The notes below the pieces were generated by a model. The model saw only the letters and a program-made list of their open reading frames with translations, made no database searches and was not told where the DNA came from. Positions 21,572 through 29,926 of a stretch of 39,390 bases of DNA are shown in pieces; the first letter of the stretch is position 1, and each line of letters opens with the position of its first letter. The DNA is from Escherichia phage HF4s. The stretch is from sequence record MT833387.1; one strand, given 5' to 3'. The position numbers and the translations under genes are program-made.

Positions 21572-22389
21572 TTAACCTCCTGCGGCGGTTCAGGTAGTGG
21601 CATCCAGTGGGTTACATTGCTAATCAGACCATATTCATTAGTTTGAGGATGGTTGCCGCTATCATCTCCATATTTAAGACTCTCCATAAAACCATAATGC
21701 TTATTCCCATTAACTCTCACAAAACCGTAATAAGCTGGTATAACGCCGATCTCACACGTAACCAGTAAAGGAACACTAGTTCTCCAATTTATCTCGCCAA
21801 TTACAGGCATTCGCTCACTACAGCTTATCCAACCATCCGGAGTTACCGGATAGTTGCCAGCCAGTCTACGCAAAACAGCCTTAACAGCTTCAATACGGTC
21901 ATCATCAACTTTTTCTACAATATTGGAATTTAAATACTTCGAAGCGTTGCTATGCCAATCGCTGGTTTTAGGGTCTTGTCCATCCATCAAACGCCAAGCT
22001 TCAGCGATTAACTCATAGCCAGTGACAGTGGCTTCCTGCGCATCACCAATCAGTTGTGTGATCTCTCTTTCAAGCATGCTTAGAGGGTTAGGCATTGGTT
22101 TTTCTTCCGGTACTACTGGCGCTGGAGGGGCGGCGTAAATGCCCTCTATCACTAAATGTTTGCGCTCAAAATCATCTGGCTCTCGATGATATACGTAACT
22201 CCAATCACCAAGGTTATCATTGCGCCTGAAACGGAAACCTATCGGCTCTGCTTCCAGCGATGCCAGTGCGATACGCAGGGCAGCCAGGATATTCCCCTGG
22301 TAATCATCAAGCCCGAAAGGAAGCTCATCACGAACGCTTTCATAATCGTTGATAGCCTGCTGCAGCCATTCTCTTGTGATAGTGCTCAT
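21568..22389 (-). CDS. DUF551-type lambdoid prophage protein
   Basis: 273 aa; C-terminal W..PLPEPP region typical of DUF551 ea-region proteins. Confidence 0.6.
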   Translation of the reverse strand: MSTITREWLQQAINDYESVRDELPFGLDDYQGNILAALRIALASLEAEPIGFRFRRNDNLGDWSYVYHREPDDFERKHLVIEGIYAAPPAPVVPEEKPMPNPLSMLEREITQLIGDAQEATVTGYELIAEAWRLMDGQDPKTSDWHSNASKYLNSNIVEKVDDDRIEAVKAVLRRLAGNYPVTPDGWISCSERMPVIGEINWRTSVPLLVTCEIGVIPAYYGFVRVNGNKHYGFMESLKYGDDSGNHPQTNEYGLISNVTHWMPLPEPPQEVK

Positions 22390-23006
22390 GATGCCTCTCC
22401 TTTAACTGCTTCGGTGACGTTTATTCCAGCGTTGTGCAGTGCCTCAAGAACCTGATGCTGCCTGTAAACCATTTCAGTGTGGTAAGGCTCGTCAAAATCG
22501 ACGCGATGCAACATGCTATAGCATTGCGGAAGCACAACCTCCCGCAACTCCAGCTCAGCAATGCGCTTCTCTGCGGCTTCCAGCTTCTCGCGCATATCGT
22601 CAACGTACTCGACCAGAGATCCGCCAGCAGGAATTTCGCACTCCTCGACCAGTTGGAAGTAGATATCAGCTGCGGCCCGTGTGTTGCTATGCCTAGCGTC
22701 GCCCATCTCACCTTCACGAAGAGCATCGCGTTCGGCGGTAAGATTGGCTATTTTGCTGTCTTTGCCTTCCAGCTCAACTCGCAGCTTCCCTACCGTTAGC
22801 GCAATATCCTCGTTCTCCTGGTCGCGGTGTTTGATGTATTGCTGGTTTCTTTCCCGTTCATCCAGCAGGGCCAGCACAATGTGTGGCGTTATCAGGGACT
22901 CAAATTCGGCAACAGCTTGCTCGCCTCGCTTGTAATTCTTAATCCCACCTAAATCTTTCGCGTTCTGCGCCGCCTCACGCAGTGCCTGATAGTCAATCTT
23001 GCTCAC
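22386..23006 (-). CDS. Ea22/Ead-like coiled-coil protein
   Basis: GTG start at 23006 preceded by AAGGAGG, overlapping the Lar stop; coiled-coil rich. Confidence 0.55.
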   Translation of the reverse strand: MSKIDYQALREAAQNAKDLGGIKNYKRGEQAVAEFESLITPHIVLALLDERERNQQYIKHRDQENEDIALTVGKLRVELEGKDSKIANLTAERDALREGEMGDARHSNTRAAADIYFQLVEECEIPAGGSLVEYVDDMREKLEAAEKRIAELELREVVLPQCYSMLHRVDFDEPYHTEMVYRQHQVLEALHNAGINVTEAVKGEAS

Positions 23007-23226
23007 TGTTCGCCTCCTTTGCTCGCTGATTCCACTCTGCTCTAACCTCTGAATAAAAAATCGCGCAGTCATTTCCAGGCGCTGCATATTTGCTACCAGA
23101 TTGAGCGCGACACGTACCGCATCGAACGAAATAGAATCGACCGCCAGAGCCATATTCAGGGTGATCTGCTTCGCTGGCAACGTGCGCTGCACCGCCACAG
23201 AATGGACATGGTAGTAGGTTGCTCAT
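22993..23226 (-). CDS. Lar-family restriction alleviation protein
   Basis: [13 protein letters not shown]-terminus and second Cys pair (CGTC) characteristic of the Lar family. Confidence 0.65.
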   Translation of the reverse strand: MSNLLPCPFCGGAAHVASEADHPEYGSGGRFYFVRCGTCRAQSGSKYAAPGNDCAIFYSEVRAEWNQRAKEANSEQD

Positions 23227-23783
23227 GAATGCACTCCCTTGTGAAGCTGTTCCGCACAATGCAGCAGGGCGTCAGTCGCCTCTTTCACCGTAACGCAGTC
23301 GCCATCGTCCAGCCCGGACACCGACGCGTGCTTAACGAACGCCGCGCAAAGGTCATCAAACGCCTTAGCCCGGACTTCAGCCAGGAAAGCATCGGTGGCT
23401 GGGGTGTCAACACGGATGCTGTCGCGCAAGATGAAAAATGCATTGAGCATTCCAGTCTCTGGCACTTCATCCTGATGCTTCTCATACGCATCAAGAGCCT
23501 TCATCATCTCATGTCCGAATGGTTGAGGGTGCGCAGCCTTCAGCCCAGCATTCTCCGCCGCCAGCACTGAAAACTTCTCGTGTGCCAACTTAACAGCCGA
23601 ATCAGCCTGCTTAATTGACTCAATCGCTCTCTGTTGGTCTTCGGACAGAGCCGAAATCTTGGCCTCCGCTTCAGCAAATTTACGCACCAGATATTCAGCG
23701 TTTGTTTCGTTAACCTTTAAATCTCGTGGAATGCATTTACCTTTCAGAAATCCATCCATCTCAATTAGTGACATTTGTTTCAT
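23223..23783 (-). CDS. hypothetical ea-region protein
   Basis: 186-aa ORF coupled to flanking genes (ATGA overlaps). Confidence 0.5.
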   Translation of the reverse strand: MKQMSLIEMDGFLKGKCIPRDLKVNETNAEYLVRKFAEAEAKISALSEDQQRAIESIKQADSAVKLAHEKFSVLAAENAGLKAAHPQPFGHEMMKALDAYEKHQDEVPETGMLNAFFILRDSIRVDTPATDAFLAEVRAKAFDDLCAAFVKHASVSGLDDGDCVTVKEATDALLHCAEQLHKGVHS

Positions 23784-23944
23784 TTCTTCCCACTCCGCAA
23801 CATCGCATTCAGATATTTGTTGTCATTAACAGAACCGAAACTCTTTCTCTTAAGCAATTCCTCTCTCGATGGCATTGGCTTTACGCGTTGGCGAATAATC
23901 ATTTCTGCCGGAAGAATGCCGGGATTGTATGCAAGTCCTCTCAT
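23780..23944 (-). CDS. small hypothetical protein
   Basis: Probable start at internal ATG 23944 with GAGGAA RBS, 8 nt after the upstream stop. Confidence 0.4.
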   Translation of the reverse strand: MRGLAYNPGILPAEMIIRQRVKPMPSREELLKRKSFGSVNDNKYLNAMLRSGKK

Positions 23945-23954
23945 GGTAAATTCC

Positions 23955-24248
23955 TCAGTCATTACTGATAGCGCCATAGCGTGAGCGGTAATTACGCAGG
24001 CGCGGGTCAATTTCAGGGAAGTGGGTATATGTGGCTTTGCGGAATGGTCGGATTGATGTCTGGTAAATTCGCTCGCGTTCTTCTTTCTCTGCAAGCCATA
24101 TACAATGGCGAAATTCCTTTTCCTCTTTCGTTTCCTGCGGTAGCGACATTATCCGATCGTAGTTTTTTCTGAATTTATCCAGCACCTCCGATACGGAATT
24201 GCCGGAACAGCGGCGCGCGTCATCCGCACCATACAGAGGCGCTGGCAT
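23955..24248 (-). CDS. hypothetical protein (Abc-position, possible anti-RecBCD)
   Basis: 97-aa ORF downstream of the erf-ssb pair; function inferred from position only. Confidence 0.4.
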   Translation of the reverse strand: MPAPLYGADDARRCSGNSVSEVLDKFRKNYDRIMSLPQETKEEKEFRHCIWLAEKEERERIYQTSIRPFRKATYTHFPEIDPRLRNYRSRYGAISND

Positions 24249-24271
24249 AATGGAATCCTTATTTTGCTAAT

Positions 24272-24654
24272 TTAGAAGGGAATTGAATCGTCGTATTCAG
24301 GATGATTTTGATGATTGCTACTTTGTTGCTGTTGGCTGTTTCCTGAAGTTGCAAATCCAATCTTTGCATTCAGTAATTCAAGAGTGATTGATTGACCATT
24401 TTGCCCCTGATAAACATCAACCCTGATGTTTTCTCCGGTAATTTCCACAATGCCACCTTCAACAAGAACACTACGGTAGTAATCCGCTTGCGCTCCTGGC
24501 TTGGCAAATACAACGGCGCTGTAGTTTGTCCATTCTTTCTTTTTGTCTGGCGATCGTAATACTGAACGCCAGCACGGATGTTGAATCCGATATTTTCCCC
24601 GGCCTGAAACTCTCTTGCGGGCTTGTTTAGTCTTACAGTAATCGAATGTGCCAT
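24272..24654 (-). pseudogene. ssb: single-stranded DNA-binding protein, frameshifted
   Basis: N-terminal ~40 codons in one frame; the other frame continues as an OB-fold-like sequence ending in the SSB acidic tail (EYDDSIPF-stop); break at the A5 run (plus-strand T5, 24540-24544). Confidence 0.75.
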
Positions 24655-25259
24655 TAAGCAGCCGCTCCTTCTAATTCGTCTCGTCTGATGTTGTAAACGC
24701 CCTGCGCTTTGTGCTGCTCCGGTGTGCCTTCGAGCATCTTCCACGCTTTGGCGAACGCCTGTTTAAGCTCTTCCACGGTGTTTTTCTGCAATGCTGCGTC
24801 AGTGAATGCTTTTAGAACCTGTTCAGGTGTAGGTGATGGTTTTGACTGCTTTGCTGCTGCGTTCTGCTGATGTTTATGCTCGTCTGTATCTGCATCTTTC
24901 GCATCATCAATGCCGAACAAACCATTGAGGCAATATTTGCGTGCATAAGAGCTTGTAGCTCCCGTAACTTGTGCAGAATCCATTCCTTTCTTGCTTTCTT
25001 CCTCTCGTGCAAGAGCGGTTGCCGTATGACTGTTTTCGCCATCGGTAATAGTTGCCGTGGCTTTCACGTAATACCGATCACCAATCAACACAACTTCATC
25101 GCTGATTGATAAAAACAGACCATTCAGTAACGGCTTAACGCCTTCAAGAATATCTTCGCAGCTTCTGTATTTATATTTACCGAATGAGTTGTACTGATTC
25201 TTTGGCGCGTTCAGATTCTCCTGAATAGCTGCCAGTCTTGCGTAAAATTCTTTGCTCAT
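24654..25259 (-). CDS. erf: Erf single-strand annealing recombinase
   Basis: N-terminal ~120 aa closely match P22 Erf (MSKEFYARLA.IQE.LNAPKNQYNSFGKYKYRSCEDILEGVKPLL...). Confidence 0.9.
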   Translation of the reverse strand: MSKEFYARLAAIQENLNAPKNQYNSFGKYKYRSCEDILEGVKPLLNGLFLSISDEVVLIGDRYYVKATATITDGENSHTATALAREEESKKGMDSAQVTGATSSYARKYCLNGLFGIDDAKDADTDEHKHQQNAAAKQSKPSPTPEQVLKAFTDAALQKNTVEELKQAFAKAWKMLEGTPEQHKAQGVYNIRRDELEGAAA

Positions 25260-25348
25260 ATGATTGTTCTCAGAATGGACATGGCCCAAGGAAATAACGC
25301 TGATTTAATACTTCAGTCTTTGCCGCATTTAAAAATACGCGAACACCT

Positions 25349-25534
25349 TCACGATCTCCCTTCTGGCGATACATTAACGCCTGCTGCGTGTACATGCGTC
25401 TCTGTAACTTGCTCTCCTTCACTGTGGTTGCAAGTGACATGAATATCTCCTTCGTTACCGATTAATTCTTTCATCTGACGAATGAATTCTTCGTCTGACC
25501 AGTTATCTGTAAAACTCATTTCCTGCGATACCAC
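25349..25534 (-). CDS. hypothetical small protein (arf position)
   Basis: 61-aa acidic ORF between kil and erf. Confidence 0.4.
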   Translation of the reverse strand: MVSQEMSFTDNWSDEEFIRQMKELIGNEGDIHVTCNHSEGEQVTETHVHAAGVNVSPEGRS

Positions 25535-25665
25535 GGAAGGTTGATAGCTGATTTCATCGCTTTATTTGCTTCAAGCCACATTTTGGAATCACCAATAAAT
25601 CGGGCTATTACTGCTTTGTTCTGTGCTGCACGAAGCATCTGGTGATTGATAGCTATTTCATTGCG
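25513..25665 (-). CDS. kil: Kil-like host-killing protein
   Basis: 50-aa ORF directly after cIII containing IARFIGDSKM, similar to the lambda Kil core (IATFIGDEKM). Confidence 0.6.
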
Positions 25666-25784
25666 CATAATAAGACCTCAACTCTTTTCCATCCGTCACG
25701 TAATTTACGGGTGATTCGTTCAAGTAAAGATTCATTTAGTTGGAAGGCACCCATGCGAGCGCCTCCCGCGATTGCGTAAATCAT
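25650..25784 (-). CDS. cIII: CIII-like protease inhibitor
   Basis: 44-aa ORF containing ESLLERITRKLRDGWKR, identical to the lambda CIII central helix. Confidence 0.8.
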
Positions 25785-25808
25785 GGGTGGTTCCTTATGT
25801 TGGTTTTA

Positions 25809-26777
25809 TTAGTAGGTTATTTTTGTTGCGAATACTTCGCCTTTTACGATGGCTGTTATGATATTTTTAGCAACATCTTCTGATGCGCCAACCTTGATAA
25901 GGTCAGCAAGTATTTTGTTATTTACTTCTTTCCGGTGAGCTTTATCCTTTGCTCTACGCTCTTCTTCGTCCTTGATTCTTTTTTCTTCTGCTATTCTGGC
26001 TTGCTCTTTTGCTTCAGCCTCGCGACGGATTCGTTCAGCCTCCTCCTGTGCTTTTCTGCGCTCTGCTTCAATTGCTGCCTGCTTTTCTCTTTCAGCTCGT
26101 TCTGCTGCCTCTTTTGCTTCGCGCTGTGCTCGTTGCTCGGCTTCAATGCGTTCACGCTCTGCACGTTCCGCTGCGGCCTTAGCTTCTGCTTCTCGCCTTG
26201 CTGCTGCTTCAATTTCGGCTTTTGCCTTTGCTTCGGCTTCTGCTCTGGCTTTCTCTTCAGCTTCTCTTTTTAATCGTTCTTCATGCTCTCGCTTTTCCTG
26301 CTCCGCTTTGAGTCTTGCCTCTTCTCTTTGGCGGTCAAATTCGCGATCCATCAAAATAGCTATTTCATGGTCAGACTCAATTTGCTTTGCGAGAGCTTCA
26401 GCTGCTGCCTTAGCTTCTTCTTCGGCTTTAATCCGCGCCTGTTCTTCCTCATAATCAGTAAGAGGCTGGCGCGCCTTGGCTTTCAGCTCATCAAGGCGAT
26501 CACGCACTGTCTTGCGGTTGGCATCAATTAGCTTTGGAATTTCCTTCAGTTCAGCAACAAGGTCTTTGCCAAGACCATCGAGATATGTTTTCGTCTGCGC
26601 AACTTTATACGCCAGAGAAGCGATCTCCTTTCTGCCCTTTGCCGTTGTGATATCAGGCACAAAGGACATAACTTCACGTTCAACCTTTTGAAGGATTTCT
26701 TCAATCTGGTCGGCAGACTGAAATACAGTCATTGCATTTGCTTTTTCAATAACAACTAAATCTGTTACTTCACTCAT
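25809..26777 (-). CDS. hypothetical protein with long charged coiled-coil (E/A/K/R repeat) region
   Basis: Start assigned to ATG 26777 (GGAGG RBS) downstream of the terminator; ~150 aa of EAKA/ERAER low-complexity repeats. Confidence 0.7.
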   Translation of the reverse strand: MSEVTDLVVIEKANAMTVFQSADQIEEILQKVEREVMSFVPDITTAKGRKEIASLAYKVAQTKTYLDGLGKDLVAELKEIPKLIDANRKTVRDRLDELKAKARQPLTDYEEEQARIKAEEEAKAAAEALAKQIESDHEIAILMDREFDRQREEARLKAEQEKREHEERLKREAEEKARAEAEAKAKAEIEAAARREAEAKAAAERAERERIEAEQRAQREAKEAAERAEREKQAAIEAERRKAQEEAERIRREAEAKEQARIAEEKRIKDEEERRAKDKAHRKEVNNKILADLIKVGASEDVAKNIITAIVKGEVFATKITY

Positions 26778-26789
26778 ATATCCTCCATC

Positions 26790-26818
26790 AAAAAAATTGC
26801 CCTCACATCGGAGGGCAA
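26790..26818 (-). terminator. intrinsic terminator (tL1-like)
   Basis: Minus-strand TTGCCCTC-cgatgt-GAGGGCAA hairpin followed by a T7 run. Confidence 0.7.
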
Positions 26819-26965
26819 AGAAGATTTCCAATAATCAGAACAAGTCGGCTCCTGTTTAGTTACGAGCGACATTGCTCCGTGTATTCACTCGTTGGAATGA
26901 ATACACAGTGCTATGTTTATTCTGTTGTTTATGCCAAAAATAAAGGACGGTTATGCGGCCTGAAA

Positions 26966-27415
26966 TTACTTAACCAATGATGCTGCATATTCGATAAGGT
27001 AAAGTTTTGGGGCCAGCCAAATTTTTAACCAAGTCATATTGGTTACTACACCAATAATAAAAATCCCCCACAGAGTCAAAACTCCAACCAATGGCATGAT
27101 AAGAAGGTTAATATCTCCTTTGCTATCCCAAACCATTGTCGGACTGTATTTGGTATTTCCCCTCTCCCATGAGTATCCTTCATCACCGATTTTACCTGTC
27201 TCAACTCTTTGGCACTGCTTCTTCATAAACCAGAAAACCAGTGGGATTGTTAGAATGGCTATTAATGTTTTAATCAGACTGTCAACCATATTCCATAGCA
27301 GCAACTGATGAACAACATCAGGAATCTGCGCTTGGCTGAATGAAACAGCCGCGTCTATTCCATTACTGGCTTTTTGCAGTAGTTCTACGAGAATCTTGTT
27401 TGCTTGTTCTTCCAT
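26966..27415 (-). CDS. membrane protein in SieB position (candidate superinfection exclusion protein)
   Basis: 149 aa, two strongly hydrophobic helices; first gene after N in the PL operon. Confidence 0.6.
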   Translation of the reverse strand: MEEQANKILVELLQKASNGIDAAVSFSQAQIPDVVHQLLLWNMVDSLIKTLIAILTIPLVFWFMKKQCQRVETGKIGDEGYSWERGNTKYSPTMVWDSKGDINLLIMPLVGVLTLWGIFIIGVVTNMTWLKIWLAPKLYLIEYAASLVK

Positions 27416-27423
27416 ATCTCACC

Positions 27424-27729
27424 TCAATCGTAATAAGCTGGAATTGATTTTCCGCGTTGCTTCTGGCGGCCTGAACAGGTCACACCCATTTCACTGCGTG
27501 GCTTGCGGTAGTAAATACGGTTCTGTTTAAGCTCGACTTCTTCTGCCTTCTTGCAGCGAAGGCTTCCGAGTGATGCTGCTTTATCTGCTCTGACGCAACC
27601 AGAGAGCTTTAGCGCAATTTTTCGCGCCAGTCGCTGCTCTTGCATTGCCTGTTCACGTTGAGCCTGTCTGCGTGCTCTGCGGCGATTTCTGGCGTTATCG
27701 TCAGCCAGATATGTAATGACTACTGTCAT
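27424..27729 (-). CDS. N: antitermination protein N
   Basis: 101 aa; arginine-rich motif near the N-terminus (NARNRRRARRQAQ); C-terminus (GVTCSGRQKQRGKSIP) matches lambda N. Confidence 0.85.
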   Translation of the reverse strand: MTVVITYLADDNARNRRRARRQAQREQAMQEQRLARKIALKLSGCVRADKAASLGSLRCKKAEEVELKQNRIYYRKPRSEMGVTCSGRQKQRGKSIPAYYD

Positions 27730-27836
27730 GTTGACCTCCGATGATTGACTTTGGCGGTGACGCGCCGGGTGCTTATCTTCCGGTTGCCGTCGTGCAGCTG
27801 CACTTCACGTCACCCCAAAGCCAACTACTCTTTGGT

Positions 27837-27878
27837 TCCCGCATTTCGGCGGGACAATCCCATCAATGTTAAAGAGCC
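27837..27878 (-). promoter_or_regulatory. nutL (boxA plus boxB)
   Basis: Minus-strand GGCTCTTTAACA (rrn-like boxA) followed ~12 nt later by the TCCCGC-CGAAAT-GCGGGA hairpin, identical to the nutR boxB. Confidence 0.7.
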
Positions 27879-27925
27879 TGCCAATCTGTTCCGTTTGGCT
27901 ACCAGCGTCCTGCTGATGGCTAAAG

Positions 27926-28010
27926 AATACTGTAGGTATTTTATTGTGTAAATACCCAAGGTATTTATTTTTGGTGAAATAATGATAAGCAAATGAATAC
28001 AAAGGATATT
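27926..28010. promoter_or_regulatory. OL operator region / PL promoter
   Basis: Three 15-bp sites of the form AATAC-N5-GTATT (AATACTGTAGGTATT, AATACCCAAGGTATT, AATACAAAGGATATT), same consensus as the OR sites. Confidence 0.65.
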
Positions 28011-28096
28011 TATTTTTTCGGTGTCTGCTTGTTCAGTGCTTTTTATGCGGGATATGTGAAGTGGATCCCGATAGCTATTGCTGCCGGGATTATGGG

Positions 28097-28464
28097 TTAG
28101 TCAGCGAAGGTTAAGACGAGAATTACCTTAATGATGTCTGCTACAACAGACACGGCCATAGATAAACCAAAGACAATCCAAGCCATAGAGATGTCTTCAC
28201 TACCATCGTATAGGGTTCCGTAATCACTGGTGTAAGGCGTAAATGTCGCGCCTTGATACAATAGGTATAAGCTTGATCCATAGAGGATAAATGCAGATAT
28301 CCCTTGTATTGCTATGATCACTAGAATCATGAAACGAGCTGATCTATGCGCCCAAGCCTGGCTTATTTTTCTGATAGAGATTTCGCAATAAAAGCATGCG
28401 CTAAGCCGTAAATTGTCGAGATTGCCAACATCCCAAAAAAGCTTGCTATAGCGGTTCCAACCAT
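28097..28464 (-). CDS. small multi-pass membrane protein in the rexAB position, split by apparent frameshift
   Basis: 33-aa hydrophobic ORF (AAGGGG RBS, 17 nt after the cI stop) and 77-aa two-TM ORF (28097..28330) are separated by an A5 run; adding one A fuses them into one ~122-aa protein with 3-4 predicted TM helices. Confidence 0.6.
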
Positions 28465-28481
28465 AATCGCCCCTTGCGTGA

Positions 28482-29198
28482 TCAAACCAGCCTCAGTTTT
28501 GTCTCAATTGCAACGCCTATAATCTTGCAGTTTCCATTGATTGGCACGAGAGGCCATGCAGGATTAAGTCCCTTGAGGTATTTATTTCCGCCGTCGATTA
28601 TCAGCTTCTTGAATGTTGCTTCGTTAGAGTCAGAAAGTTTTGCTATGACCAAGCTGCCGTTGATCGCCTCCCTTCCGGTATCGAAAAGAACGAATGTTCC
28701 CTCTGGAATGCTTAACCCAACCGGTGCCGTCATTGAATCACCTTCCACTTTAAGCCAGAACGCATTACCTTGAATATGCGCGTCAGACTCAAGCCAAACA
28801 TCTATGTCTTTAATGGTGTATGGTTCGCATGCTTCACACCACGAGCCAGCCTGGATACTGCTTAACACCGGATACCTCTTTCCTGCTCTGTATTCCCCTG
28901 CATACCTTACGTTGGCATCGCTCTTAAGGCTTTCTGCCTGTTCTGCAACCTTGGCAGCAATTGACTGGCTAAAATCAGCAATTGAGACTTGCAACAGTCG
29001 TGCAAAACCAGATGCAACCTCAACGTTTAGCGCGTTTCTGCCATTAAGATAATGCCCTACCGCTCCTTGGGTGATACCCAGTTCATCAGCGATTGAGTAT
29101 TGGGTTATTCCCAATTCTTTCTTTTTTGACTCATACAAAGCCTTAAGCCGCTTAGCGTCTTCCAGCTGTTCTGTCGTCAGTGATTTTTTATTTTCCAT
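28482..29198 (-). CDS. cI: CI-type repressor (HTH plus LexA-like S24 autoprotease domain)
   Basis: 238 aa; aligns along its length with lambda CI, including the Ala-Gly cleavage region and Ser/Lys dyad context. Confidence 0.92.
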   Translation of the reverse strand: MENKKSLTTEQLEDAKRLKALYESKKKELGITQYSIADELGITQGAVGHYLNGRNALNVEVASGFARLLQVSIADFSQSIAAKVAEQAESLKSDANVRYAGEYRAGKRYPVLSSIQAGSWCEACEPYTIKDIDVWLESDAHIQGNAFWLKVEGDSMTAPVGLSIPEGTFVLFDTGREAINGSLVIAKLSDSNEATFKKLIIDGGNKYLKGLNPAWPLVPINGNCKIIGVAIETKLRLV

Positions 29199-29204
29199 AG
29201 CTTA

Positions 29205-29275
29205 ATTCTAATAGCTAAGGTACTTAAACTAAAAATACCCTGAGTATTGATTGCTTTGAATACCTGTAGTATTCT
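29205..29275. promoter_or_regulatory. OR operator region with divergent PRM/PR
   Basis: AATACCCTGAGTATT and AATACCTGTAGTATT palindromes between divergent cI and cro. Confidence 0.7.
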
Positions 29276-29304
29276 TTGTTCATGGTTAATAACGGAGAGT
29301 GCAT

Positions 29305-29499
29305 ATGATTCGAATGACACTTGCCGATTACGCCAAAATCCATGGACAGGCTAAAGCAGCCAGTGACTTTGGTGTAATCCAGTGCGCTATCAGCAAGGCC
29401 ATTCTGGCAGGCCGTAACATCATGGTTACGGTAAAGCCTGATGGCAGTGTGATTGGAGAGGAAGTTCGTCCTTTCCCAAGCAACAAGAAAAACAAATAG
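29305..29499 (+). CDS. cro: Cro repressor
   Basis: ~64 aa, lambda Cro-like ([11 protein letters not shown]..., ending PFPSNKK); GGAGAG RBS before the ATG at 29305. Confidence 0.85.
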   Translation: MIRMTLADYAKIHGQAKAASDFGVIQCAISKAILAGRNIMVTVKPDGSVIGEEVRPFPSNKKNK

Positions 29500-29505
29500 T
29501 AACAC

Positions 29506-29549
29506 CGCTCTTTAACAGTCATGGTCCTCATTCCCGCCGAAATGCGGGA
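29506..29549 (+). promoter_or_regulatory. nutR (boxA plus boxB)
   Basis: CGCTCTTTAACA boxA followed by the TCCCGC-CGAAAT-GCGGGA boxB hairpin between cro and cII. Confidence 0.75.
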
Positions 29550-29607
29550 ATACAACGCGCATAAGTTGATGCGCATAACTTCTTATTTGTTAAGGAAATA
29601 CTTACAT

Positions 29608-29904
29608 ATGGTTCGTGCAAACAAACGCAACGAGGCTCTAAGAATTGAGAGTGCGTTGCTTAACAAAATCGCGATGCTTGGAACTGAGAAGACAGCGGAA
29701 GCTGTGGGAGTTGATAAGTCGCAGATCAGCAGGTGGAAGAGGGACTGGATTCCAAAGTTCTCAATGCTGCTTGCTGTTCTTGAATGGGGTGTCGTCGACG
29801 ACGACATGGCTCGATTGGCACGACAAGTTGCTTCGATTCTCACCAATAAAAAACGCCCGGTGTGCAAGACCGAGCGTTCTTATCAAATACAAATGGAATT
29901 TTAA
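29608..29904 (+). CDS. cII: CII transcriptional activator
   Basis: Near-identical to lambda CII from MVRANKRNEALRIESALLNKIAMLGTEKTAEAVGVDKSQISRWKRDW...; the track N-terminal extension from 29521 is spurious because it covers nutR. Confidence 0.92.
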   Translation: MVRANKRNEALRIESALLNKIAMLGTEKTAEAVGVDKSQISRWKRDWIPKFSMLLAVLEWGVVDDDMARLARQVASILTNKKRPVCKTERSYQIQMEF

Positions 29905-29926
29905 CAACATCCAACGAGGTAATTAT

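Noticed and set aside
25935-26691. Plus-strand ORFs 25935..26273, 25972..26454, 26283..26531 and 26476..26691 with Ser/Ala/Cys/Phe-rich low-complexity translations
   Set aside because: They are antisense to the charged coiled-coil gene and arise from its repetitive, strand-skewed DNA; no RBS or coherent organisation
27745-28002. ORFs 27745..27951 (+, TTG start) and 27805..28002 (-, TTG start)
   Set aside because: They cover nutL and the OL/PL operators; non-ATG starts and no RBS; regulatory DNA rather than coding
27992-28099. Plus-strand 35-codon hydrophobic ORF (MNTKDIYFFGVCLFSAF...) between OL and the rex-position gene
   Set aside because: No RBS, and my base-level reading of this T-rich stretch is uncertain by about 1 nt relative to the ORF track
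29521-29607. N-terminal extension of the cII ORF in the track
   Set aside because: The extension runs across the nutR boxA/boxB; the genuine start is the ATG at 29608 with RBS, giving lambda-length CII
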